Part shown: positions 21,780-30,114 of the stretch, one piece after another
How positions within the stretch are numbered: the first letter of the stretch is position 1
How the letters are laid out: the number at the start of each line of letters is the position of its first letter
From: Acidobacteriota bacterium
Lineage (GTDB): Bacteria > Acidobacteriota > Thermoanaerobaculia > Gp7-AA8
Length of the DNA: 64,000 nucleotides
Direction of reading: 5' to 3'
Assembly (NCBI GenBank): GCA_019244185.1
Contig: JAFATB010000023.1
Location: 384,001-448,000, forward strand
Translations under genes and position numbers: made by a program
The notes under the pieces: model-generated
The model's input: only the letters and a program-made list of their open reading frames with translations
Databases searched by the model: none
Told to the model about the DNA's origin: nothing

Positions 21780-22883
21780 TCAGCGCGAATCGATCATTCC
21801 GGCGATGTGCTCGGCGAACGAGAAGGAACACGTGAACCCCGGAGAGACGGCGTTCAGCACGTGCAGCGAGCGGTCGTCGCGCTCGATCACGAAGTCCATC
21901 TCGAGGGCGTTCCGGCGCGTGTCGTAGAGCTGCGCGCGCACGCCGGGCGTGCCCCAGCGCGTGTAGTCGGCGCGGCGCACGCCGGTGGCGAGGCGCGAGG
22001 CGAGCGTGACCAGATGCGCGCGGCTCATCTTGCGCAGCTCGGCCCACGCGTGCTGGCGCAGCTCGCGGTTCATGACGAGCAGTCGCGCGCCGGTGAGCCA
22101 GGGCGGGCGCGCGGTCGGGCCGATCTTCACGGTGCCGTCGACCTTCACGGTGAGGTGCACGCCGAGGAACGGGAAGCGCGGATCGGGGACGGGGTAGAGG
22201 TGCGTGCGCAGCGCGCCGGCCGGCTCGTTCGAGAGCACGTACGCGCCGCGGAACGGGAGCATGCGGTAGTGACGCGCGAAGCCGAACTGTTGCGCGATCG
22301 CGACGGCGCCGAGGCCGGCGGCGTTGACGACGAAGCCGGCGCCGTGGTGGCCGCTGAAGGGTGTGCCGAGGAGGACGTCGATGCCTTCGTCGCGCGCGTC
22401 GCGGAGGAGCGAGTCCATGACCGTGTGCGGATCGACGGTCGACGTCGTCGGCGACCAGATCGCGCGCTGGAACGCCTTCGCGCGCGGCTCGATGGCGCGC
22501 GCGTCGTCGGCGTCGATCATCGAGAGCTGCACGCCGTTCGCGACGCCGCGGCGATGGAGCTCGTCGAGACGCGGCAGTTCCTCCTCGCACGTCGCGAGCA
22601 CGAGCTTGCCGCACTGGCGGATGGCCAACTTGCGCTCGAGGCAGTACTGCGTCAGCAGCGCGTTGCCGGTGCGCGTGAAGCGTGCCTTCAGCGAGTCGGG
22701 CGAGTAGTAGAAGCCGGCGTGCAGGACGCCGCTGTTGCGGCCGCTCGCGTGCACGGCGACGCGCGGTTCTTTCTCGAGCACGACCACGCGCGCGCCGCGA
22801 TGGCGGCGTTTCAGCGCGCGTGCGACGGAGAGACCGATCACGCCGGCGCCGATGACGAGGAAGTCGGGCCGCGTCAGCGCCAC
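21780..22883 (-). CDS. lhgO: L-2-hydroxyglutarate oxidase-like FAD-dependent oxidoreductase
   Basis: FLVIGAGVIG, HASGRNSGVLHAG, YPVPDPRFPFLGVH, GVRAQ, LNAVSPGFT; GTG 22883 overlaps the upstream gene's 3' end. Confidence 0.8.
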   Translation of the reverse strand: MALTRPDFLVIGAGVIGLSVARALKRRHRGARVVVLEKEPRVAVHASGRNSGVLHAGFYYSPDSLKARFTRTGNALLTQYCLERKLAIRQCGKLVLATCEEELPRLDELHRRGVANGVQLSMIDADDARAIEPRAKAFQRAIWSPTTSTVDPHTVMDSLLRDARDEGIDVLLGTPFSGHHGAGFVVNAAGLGAVAIAQQFGFARHYRMLPFRGAYVLSNEPAGALRTHLYPVPDPRFPFLGVHLTVKVDGTVKIGPTARPPWLTGARLLVMNRELRQHAWAELRKMSRAHLVTLASRLATGVRRADYTRWGTPGVRAQLYDTRRNALEMDFVIERDDRSLHVLNAVSPGFTCSFSFAEHIAGMIDSR

Positions 22884-23500
22884 GCGTAGATGTCCACGTT
22901 CGCGCGGGCGCGCAGCTGCGTCGTCCACTTCTCGATCTCTTCCTGCAGCCGCGAGCTCTGCACCGCGGCGCGCACTTCCTCCCGCACCTGCGCCAGTGCG
23001 GGGATCGGCAGGCCGCGCTCGCGGCGCTGCGTCGCCCACGGGCCGCGGTAGTACGCGTCGATATCGTCGTTCGAGATGAACACCAGCGGCGCGAAGCGCT
23101 CCTTGATGTATGCCTCGACCTGCAGCTGCCGCTTCACGAGCGCGCGCAGCTCGTCGAGCGTCAGCTCCGCGCGCGCCAGCGCGGCGTTGAACTCCTCGAT
23201 CGACGCGAAGCGGCGCTGGATCTCGACGAGCCGCGCCTCGATGGTGTCGGCGGAGATGTCCTGCGCGCCGAAGCGCTCGACGTCGCGGTAGCGCAGCGCC
23301 TGCGCGATCAGCGCGTCGAGCACGTCGCGGCGGTAGTCGTCGTCGCTCTTCGCCGCGCGCGGAAAGAACCGCAGCTCGACCATCTGCGTGACTTCGCTGA
23401 CGGTGAGCACCTGCTGATCGACGATCGCCGCGATGCGGTCGACCGTCACCGCCGAAACCGGCAGCGCGGCGAGAACGAGGATGGCGAGCGCGCGCAGCAT
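22874..23500 (-). CDS. SurA N-terminal-domain periplasmic chaperone-like protein
   Basis: Signal peptide, VDRIAAIVDQQVLTVSEV, C-terminal WTTQLRARANVDI; no PPIase domain seen. Confidence 0.78.
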   Translation of the reverse strand: MLRALAILVLAALPVSAVTVDRIAAIVDQQVLTVSEVTQMVELRFFPRAAKSDDDYRRDVLDALIAQALRYRDVERFGAQDISADTIEARLVEIQRRFASIEEFNAALARAELTLDELRALVKRQLQVEAYIKERFAPLVFISNDDIDAYYRGPWATQRRERGLPIPALAQVREEVRAAVQSSRLQEEIEKWTTQLRARANVDIYAWR

Positions 23501-23572
23501 GCGGGTCCGATTATTCACGAAACGTCCGCGCGGGAGAATCGCCGCGGCGTTCGTGTATGGTGAGCCGCGAGC

Positions 23573-25564
23573 ATGCAACGGAGATCGGACCGCGCGCGCT
23601 GGGACCGCATCGCCCGCGTCGCGCCGTACTATGCCGTCCTCGCGCATCCGCGTTTCCTCGGCGACGTCGACGCCGCCTCGCTGCGCGCGTTCTTCGATTC
23701 CGGCGACGCGTACGTGAGCGACCTGCTGACGCGCGTGGCGACGTCGATCGGCGAGCGCGGACTGCAGACGGTGCTCGAATTCGGCTGCGGCCCCGGGCGG
23801 CTCGCGTGCGCGTTCGCGCGGCGCGGCTTCACCGTGACGGCGGTGGACGTGTCTCCGGCGATGCTCGCGCTGGCGCGGCAGAACGCGGAAGCGCGCAACC
23901 TGCGCGACATCGACTTCCGGCTCGTCGACGACTTCGAGCGCGGCGACGCGCGCTTCGATCTCGTGAACGTGACGCTCGTGCTCCAGCAGATGCCGCCCGA
24001 GCGCGGCCGCGACGTGCTGCGCGAGCTCGCGGCGCGTGTCGTGCCGGGCGGCTATCTCCACGCGCAGGTGCCGTTTCGCAGCGACCGCAGACTCGCGTCG
24101 CGCCTCGGCATCGCCGCGCGGCGCCGCGTTCCGGCGATCAATCGCGCGGTCAACCGCCTGCGCCATCGTGGCGGCGAGGTGCCGCTCCTCGCGCCGTACC
24201 TCTACTCGATGGACGACGTGCTGCGCATCCTGCGCGAGGGCGCGCTCGACGTCCGCGCGGTCGAGCTGACGAAGGAGAACGAGCTCGAGGTCGCGACGAT
24301 CGTCGCGCGCCGGCACTATGAGCATGCATTCGCGCACGCCACGCCGGCGGAAGAGCAAACGTCCCGCGATGATGCTCCGGCGGCGGACGCGATCGACGTG
24401 CGCGAACTGATTCGCACGATTCCGATCGAGGAGCTCAATCGCCGTGCCGAGGAGTACTTCGCGACGACGGAATCGTTCGAGGCGCAGCTCGCGAAGCCGT
24501 TCTCGAGTCCCGCGGACGCGCCGCCGATGCTGATGAGCCTCGGCGCGTTGCTGCACGGTCTGCAGCTGTTGCCGGGACACGACGTGCTCGACTTCGGCGC
24601 CGGTACCGGCTGGCTGTCCGGACATCTCACGCGCATGGGCTGCCGGATGATTCTCGCCGACGTTTCGGAGACGGCGCTGCGCGTCGCGCGCGAGCACTTC
24701 GAGCGCATCGGTCTGATGGCGCTGCCGAACGCGCCACGGTTTCTGCATTACGACGGCGCGCGGATCGGGCTGCCTGACGCGAGCGTCGATCGCGTCGTTT
24801 GTTTCGACGCCTTTCATCACGTGCCGAACCCGGACGCCGTGCTGCGCGAGTTCGGGCGGATTCTGCGGCCCGGCGGCATCGCCGGCTTCTGCGAGCCGGG
24901 GCCGAATCATTCGCGCTCGCCGCAGTCGCAGTACGAGATGCGCACGTACGGCGTCATCGAGAACGACGTCGACCTCGACGCGATCTGGAACGACGCGCGC
25001 GCGAGCGGCTTCGCGGACCTCGAGGTCGCGGCGTTCAACGGCGATCCGCCGCGCATGCCGCTCGAGCGGTTCGAGGAAATCTTCCGCGGCGGCGAGGCGC
25101 TCGCGAATGCCGCGCATGCGATGCGGCGCTTCCTCGAAAGCACGCGCGTGTTCTTTCTGCGCGCCGCGGGCGAGGCGTGCGTCGACAGCCGCACCGCCTC
25201 CGCGCTCGCGTGCGACCTTCGCGTGGCGCTGCGCGACGCGCCGCGTGCGGGTGCGCCGATCGCGGTGCGCGCGACGGTCATGAATACGGGGACGGCGACG
25301 TGGCTGCCGTCGGCGACGATTCCCGGCGGCGTGTCCCTCGGCTGTCATCTGTACGCGAACGGCGCGTTGCTGCGGCACGACTACCATCGCATCGCGTTCG
25401 ATCGCGAGCTCGCGCCGGGCGAGAAAGTGATCGTCGACGGCGAGCTGCCCCCGCTCGACGCCGGTGTGTACGAGCTCGAATTCGACTGCGTCGCCGCGGG
25501 CGTCGCGTGGTTCGCGCAGGTCGGCTCAGCGCCGGCGCGCGTGCGGGTCGACGTCCGCGGCTAA
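23573..25564 (+). CDS. Double class I SAM methyltransferase with C-terminal Ig-like domain
   Basis: VLEFGCGPG and VLDFGAGTG SAM motifs; VMNTGTATW...LAPGE...GVYELEFDCV...WF beta-sandwich. Confidence 0.85.
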   Translation: MQRRSDRARWDRIARVAPYYAVLAHPRFLGDVDAASLRAFFDSGDAYVSDLLTRVATSIGERGLQTVLEFGCGPGRLACAFARRGFTVTAVDVSPAMLALARQNAEARNLRDIDFRLVDDFERGDARFDLVNVTLVLQQMPPERGRDVLRELAARVVPGGYLHAQVPFRSDRRLASRLGIAARRRVPAINRAVNRLRHRGGEVPLLAPYLYSMDDVLRILREGALDVRAVELTKENELEVATIVARRHYEHAFAHATPAEEQTSRDDAPAADAIDVRELIRTIPIEELNRRAEEYFATTESFEAQLAKPFSSPADAPPMLMSLGALLHGLQLLPGHDVLDFGAGTGWLSGHLTRMGCRMILADVSETALRVAREHFERIGLMALPNAPRFLHYDGARIGLPDASVDRVVCFDAFHHVPNPDAVLREFGRILRPGGIAGFCEPGPNHSRSPQSQYEMRTYGVIENDVDLDAIWNDARASGFADLEVAAFNGDPPRMPLERFEEIFRGGEALANAAHAMRRFLESTRVFFLRAAGEACVDSRTASALACDLRVALRDAPRAGAPIAVRATVMNTGTATWLPSATIPGGVSLGCHLYANGALLRHDYHRIAFDRELAPGEKVIVDGELPPLDAGVYELEFDCVAAGVAWFAQVGSAPARVRVDVRG

Positions 25565-25585
25565 CCACTCGCGTCGCCGCCAGTC
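25563..25585 (+). promoter_or_regulatory. Possible ECF-sigma promoter
   Basis: AAC-N17-GTC directly upstream of the AAGGGA RBS and ATG 25595. Confidence 0.3.
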
Positions 25586-25594
25586 CAAGGGAAC

Positions 25595-26179
25595 ATGCGC
25601 ATCGCGAAGATGGCTCTCGTCCTCACTCTGCTCGCCGGCGTCGCCTCCGCGGCCTCCTCACGGATGGCGTATCTCTACAAGCACAACGGCCACTCCACGA
25701 TCTCGGCGAACGGCATGTCGCTGCACTCCGTCGTACGGAACGCGGAGCGGTGGGACGGCGACTTCATCTGGGCGCACGTCGACGGGCAGTCGTACGTCAT
25801 CCGCGACCGCGGCGTCCTCGACGAGGCCGCGCGTATCTACGACGCCGCGGACGCCGGTGCACCGGCGGTCGAAGACGCGGCGCGCAAGCTGCGCCCGCTG
25901 GAGGAGCGCGTCGACGACCTCGACGAGCAGATCGACGACGTCAGCGATTCGCTCGACGACGAGTCGCTGTCCGACGCCGAGCGCGAGCGCCTGGAGACGA
26001 AACTCCGCGAGCTCGAGCGCCAGCAGCGCGACGCGGAAGCGGAGATGCGGCCGGTCGAACGCGAGAGCGAGCGGCTCGAGCGCGAGCACGATCGCATCGA
26101 AGACGAGGCCGACGCGCAGCTCGAAGCGCTCGTGCGCCGCGCCATCGCGAACGACCGCGCCGAGAAGGTCGCCGACTGA
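25595..26179 (+). CDS. Secreted protein with long acidic coiled coil
   Basis: Signal peptide (ASA), FIW..VDGQSYVIRD..VL motif, E/D/R-rich helix. Confidence 0.75.
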   Translation: MRIAKMALVLTLLAGVASAASSRMAYLYKHNGHSTISANGMSLHSVVRNAERWDGDFIWAHVDGQSYVIRDRGVLDEAARIYDAADAGAPAVEDAARKLRPLEERVDDLDEQIDDVSDSLDDESLSDAERERLETKLRELERQQRDAEAEMRPVERESERLEREHDRIEDEADAQLEALVRRAIANDRAEKVAD

Positions 26180-26188
26180 GCGCGGCCG

Positions 26189-26824
26189 CTACGGCGTCCG
26201 GCTCGCGCGCGCATCCGCGAGTTCACTCTCCGCGGTAATGCAGAGATCGAGATCGCGCAGCAGGCCGTCGGCGATGTCGTAGATCCAGCCGTGTACGGCG
26301 AGCTTCTGCCCGCGCGCCCACGCGTCGCGCACGATCGTCGTCTGGCTCACGTTCACGACCTGCTCGACCACGTTCAGCTCGCAGAGGCGCCGGTGCCGCG
26401 CGCGTTCGTCGGCGAGCGTCTCGAGCTCCGCGGCGTGCTTCCAGCGCACGTCCTGCACGTGGCGCAGCCAGTTGTCGATGAGCCCCAGCGAGTCGCCGCG
26501 AAGCGCGCCGAGGACGCCGCCGCAGCCGTAGTGGCCGCAGACGATGATGTGCTCGACACGCAGCACCTCGACCGCGAACTGGATCGTCGACAGGCAATTC
26601 AGATCCGTGTGCACGACGACGTTCGCCACGTTGCGGTGCACGAACATCTCGCCCGGCAACAGGCCGACGATCTGGTTCGCCGGCACGCGGCTGTCCGAGC
26701 AGCCGATCCAGAGATAGTCCGGCGCCTGCTGCCGCGCGAGGCGGCTGAAGAACTCCGGGTCCTGCCGCGTCATCTCGGCGGCCCAGCTGCGGTTCTGCGT
26801 GAGGAGGTTCTGAAGACGCGGCAT
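26189..26824 (-). CDS. can: Beta-class carbonic anhydrase
   Basis: GCSDSRV, FVHRNVAN, CGHYGCGG. Confidence 0.96.
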   Translation of the reverse strand: MPRLQNLLTQNRSWAAEMTRQDPEFFSRLARQQAPDYLWIGCSDSRVPANQIVGLLPGEMFVHRNVANVVVHTDLNCLSTIQFAVEVLRVEHIIVCGHYGCGGVLGALRGDSLGLIDNWLRHVQDVRWKHAAELETLADERARHRRLCELNVVEQVVNVSQTTIVRDAWARGQKLAVHGWIYDIADGLLRDLDLCITAESELADARASRTP

Positions 26825-26849
26825 GCGCGCGCGATTCTAGTGCGCGTGC

Positions 26850-26879
26850 GCCGATCGCGTCACTGCCGATCGCGTCACT
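26850..26879. repeat. Perfect 15-bp tandem duplication
   Basis: GCCGATCGCGTCACT x2; includes the stop codon of the 26875..28269 gene. Confidence 0.85.
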
Positions 26880-28269
26880 GCGAATGCACCGGCGGCGTGC
26901 CCGCCGTCAGAAACGCGCGCAGGATCTCCATGCGATGCGGGCCGAAGACGTCGCGGATCGCCGGCGAGATCGCGTAGCGCGTGTTCGGTCCCTCTTCGCC
27001 GTCTTCCATGCGCAGCTCGGTGATCTGCTGATGACCTTCCGCCGGATGCGGGAACTGGACCTGTGCGCCGACGCTGCCGCCCATGAAGTGGCATCCCATG
27101 CAGTTCTGCGATTCGGCGCGCGCGAGGAGATCGAACGGCGCGAGCGGACTGTGGAGCTGCTGGAGGATCGCCTTCAGGTCGTTGTTGAACTGGATGCCTT
27201 CGTCGGTCGAGAGGCCGTTGAGATAGAAGCGCGTGGCGAGAAAGCCGCTGCCGTCGCCGTCGGGATCGGCGTCGCCCGCGAGGAACTCCGGAGGGATGCG
27301 CATGAAGTAGAGGTTCACGTCGTTCGTCGCAAGCGTGGGGACGTTCTCCAGGAACGCCGCGCGCAGCCGCCGCGCGCGATCCGACTGATCGTGCGAGTCG
27401 AACAGCGGCGCGAACGGCAGGTTCTCCAGCACGTCCGGCGCGAACCAGAGCCTGCACGCGCCGCGCGTGCAGTCGTCCATCACGCGGAACTGCGTGAAGT
27501 TCACCACGAGCGTCGCGTCGTTGCCCTGCATCGTCCGCACGCCGGCCGGCGCGTGGCGATAGTGATGGGGATGGATCACCGGCTCGTAGCCGGCGATGCC
27601 GTCGAAGAAGAAGCGCTCGACGCGCGCGCGGCGCTCCGCGAGCGAGTCCACGGTCGAGAGATCCGCCCAGAACTGCGCGGCCGCGCGGCAGCCGGTGAGT
27701 CCCATCTCCGGGTGCGGATTCGGCAGCACCGCCTCGAAGATGATGTGCAGCGTCGGCAGCGGCTGCGGCGCGATGCGCGCGAAGACGATGCGGTATTCGC
27801 CGCAATGCGCGCCCGCGGGATCGGCGAGATCGAAGCGGTTCGTGACCGCGATCGGGATGAAGTCCTCGTCGCGAAACGCGGCCGTGGCGAGCAGGCCTTC
27901 CGATGCCGGACAGCGGCGCGGCAATCCGTTCAACGAGGTCCGGCCGCCGGTGTGCTCGTCGTCGCAGTGCGGCATCGACGCGTCGAGTCCCGGCTTCGGA
28001 TTGCCGGTATCGAACCACTGCCGGTACAACGCCTCGGCCGTCATGTCCGGCGCGCTGCTGCGCGCGATCAGCGTCTCCAGCACGCGCTGGAAACGAAAGT
28101 GGACCAGCATCGACTTGTCGGTGATGACGAACGAGCGCTCGAGCGACAGCGGCGCGGGACCGCGCGGCGTCACCGACCGCCGTTTCGCGCCGACGGCGAC
28201 GAAGAGGAGAAGCAGGGCGAGCGCGATGCGGAGCACGCGATGACCGCGTGAGGTCTGTGCGACGTTCAT
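26875..28269 (-). CDS. Exported Cys-rich protein with a single C-terminal CxxCH (putative c-type heme protein)
   Basis: Signal peptide followed by KRRSV; TNRFDLA...CGEYRIVFA...IIFEAVLPNP; NCMGCH. Confidence 0.75.
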   Translation of the reverse strand: MNVAQTSRGHRVLRIALALLLLFVAVGAKRRSVTPRGPAPLSLERSFVITDKSMLVHFRFQRVLETLIARSSAPDMTAEALYRQWFDTGNPKPGLDASMPHCDDEHTGGRTSLNGLPRRCPASEGLLATAAFRDEDFIPIAVTNRFDLADPAGAHCGEYRIVFARIAPQPLPTLHIIFEAVLPNPHPEMGLTGCRAAAQFWADLSTVDSLAERRARVERFFFDGIAGYEPVIHPHHYRHAPAGVRTMQGNDATLVVNFTQFRVMDDCTRGACRLWFAPDVLENLPFAPLFDSHDQSDRARRLRAAFLENVPTLATNDVNLYFMRIPPEFLAGDADPDGDGSGFLATRFYLNGLSTDEGIQFNNDLKAILQQLHSPLAPFDLLARAESQNCMGCHFMGGSVGAQVQFPHPAEGHQQITELRMEDGEEGPNTRYAISPAIRDVFGPHRMEILRAFLTAGTPPVHSQ

Positions 28270-28380
28270 GGCTTGTGAGCGCACGGTAGCACGCGGTCAC
28301 GGCCGAGCCGGCGTGCGTTGCCGGAAGTTGACACGAGTGCATCGCCGCCGACGCGCGAAGCGCCCGCGCACCCGCGGGAG

Positions 28381-28410
28381 TTGACATCGCCCAACGCGTG
28401 TTCCTACAGT
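28381..28410 (+). promoter_or_regulatory. Sigma70-type promoter of the hrcA operon
   Basis: TTGACA-N18-TACAGT immediately before CIRCE. Confidence 0.75.
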
Positions 28411-28413
28411 GAC

Positions 28414-28440
28414 CTGGCACTCCGCAGCTTCGAGTGCCAG
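28414..28440. promoter_or_regulatory. CIRCE operator (HrcA binding site)
   Basis: CTGGCACTC-N9-GAGTGCCAG, a perfect 9-9-9 inverted repeat, 10 nt before the hrcA ATG. Confidence 0.93.
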
Positions 28441-28450
28441 GCGCACTCCG

Positions 28451-29515
28451 ATGCCGGCGAAACACGACTTTCACGAGCTCGACCTCGACCCGCGCGCCCG
28501 CGAGGTGCTGCGCGAGATCGTCATGCAGCACATCGAGTCCGGCGACGCGATCAGCTCGCGCACGCTGGCGAAGTGCGGCCGCTTCGACCTTTCCCCCGCG
28601 AGCCTGCGCAACGTGATGGCCGATCTCGAAGACCTCGGCTACCTCGCGCAGCCGCACACGTCGGCCGGCCGCGTGCCGACCGATCGCGGCTATCGCTTCT
28701 TCATCAACCACCTGATGAAGTCGCGGTCGCTTTCGGCGCGCGAGCGCGAGGTCATCGACGATCAGGTCAGCCACGCCCACGAGATCGACGAGGTGCTGCA
28801 CCTCGCCTCGAACCTGCTGTGGAAGCTCAGCGATCAGGTCGGCGTCGTCTTCATGCCGACGCTGCTGCAGTTCGCCATCCGCTCGATGGATTTCGTCCTC
28901 GTCGCCGAGAACAAGATCATGTGCATCCTCGTCGGCGTGAACGGCGTGGTGGTGAACAAGATCGTCGAGACGCGCTTCCGCTTCACGCGCGACGAGCTCG
29001 AGAAGATCAGCCGCTTCAGCACCGCCGAGTTCTCCGGCTGCACGCTCGACCTCGTGCGGCGCCGCCTCGTGCGCATGACCGAGCAGGAGCGCGCGCAGCA
29101 CGACGAGATGCTGCAGAAGACGATCTCCCTCGGCATCGAGGCGGTGAACGCGCCGATCGACCACGACCTCTACGTCGAGGGCGCGGAGTCGATCCTCAAC
29201 AAGCCGGAGTTCGCCGACGCGGCGCTGCTGCGCAAGACCTTTCTCGCGCTGCAGGAGAAGGAACGGCTCGTCGAGATCCTCGAGTCCTGCCTGCAGGCCG
29301 AGGGGCTGCAGATTCTCGTCGGGAGCGAGAGCGACTTCACAGGGGATCACAACTTCAGTATCGTCGCTCGCCGGTACGGTTCGCAGTCCACCCCCAACGG
29401 CATGGTGGCCATCATCGGTCCCATGCGCATGGAGTACGCGCGCATGGCGCCGCTGGTCGATTACCTCGGCCGCGCGCTCAGCCGCAAGATCGAAGAACAG
29501 GAGCAGCCACGCTGA
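28451..29515 (+). CDS. hrcA: Heat-inducible transcription repressor
   Basis: SPASLRNVMADLEDLGYLAQPHTSAGRVPTDRGYR, IIGPMRMEY. Confidence 0.97.
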   Translation: MPAKHDFHELDLDPRAREVLREIVMQHIESGDAISSRTLAKCGRFDLSPASLRNVMADLEDLGYLAQPHTSAGRVPTDRGYRFFINHLMKSRSLSAREREVIDDQVSHAHEIDEVLHLASNLLWKLSDQVGVVFMPTLLQFAIRSMDFVLVAENKIMCILVGVNGVVVNKIVETRFRFTRDELEKISRFSTAEFSGCTLDLVRRRLVRMTEQERAQHDEMLQKTISLGIEAVNAPIDHDLYVEGAESILNKPEFADAALLRKTFLALQEKERLVEILESCLQAEGLQILVGSESDFTGDHNFSIVARRYGSQSTPNGMVAIIGPMRMEYARMAPLVDYLGRALSRKIEEQEQPR

Positions 29516-30102
29516 TGGACGAGAACAGACGCAACGGCGAAGAGGCCGAGGACGGCGCCTACGTGATCGAAGACACGGGCGGCTCGATCGAAGAGCTCGA
29601 GGCGGAGATGGAAGCGACCGCGCAGGAAGCCGCCGGCAGCGCGCCCGCCGGCGACGGCGGGTCGTCGCAGGAAGGCGAATACCGCGACCGCTACCTCCGC
29701 GCGCTCGCCGATTTCGAAAACTTCCGGAGACGCTCCGAACGGGAGAAAGCGGACTTCTATAAATATGCCGTGACGGGGCTCATGAAAGAGCTCCTTCCGG
29801 TGCTCGACAATTTCGACCGCGCGCTCGAGCACGTGGACGAGAACGACGAAGTGCACAAAGGCGTGCTGCTGATCTACAAACAGCTCTCCGGCGTGCTGCA
29901 GCGCAACGGCCTGCGCACGATCGACGAGGCCAACGTGCCGTTCGACCCGAACATCCACGAGGCCGTCGTGCGCGATGAAGACGACTCGGTCCCGTCGCAC
30001 ACGGTCGTGGCGGTGATGCAGAAGGGCTACTTTCTCAACGACCGGCTGCTGCGTCCCGCGCTCGTGAAAGTGGCCGTCGGAGGACCCGAGCGAGCCGCCT
30101 AG
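29515..30102 (+). CDS. grpE: Nucleotide exchange factor GrpE
   Basis: YLRALADFENFRRR, LLPVLDNFDRA, FDPNIHEAV, QKGY.LNDRLLRPALVKV. Confidence 0.96.
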   Translation: MDENRRNGEEAEDGAYVIEDTGGSIEELEAEMEATAQEAAGSAPAGDGGSSQEGEYRDRYLRALADFENFRRRSEREKADFYKYAVTGLMKELLPVLDNFDRALEHVDENDEVHKGVLLIYKQLSGVLQRNGLRTIDEANVPFDPNIHEAVVRDEDDSVPSHTVVAVMQKGYFLNDRLLRPALVKVAVGGPERAA

Positions 30103-30114
30103 CGGTTCGATCCA

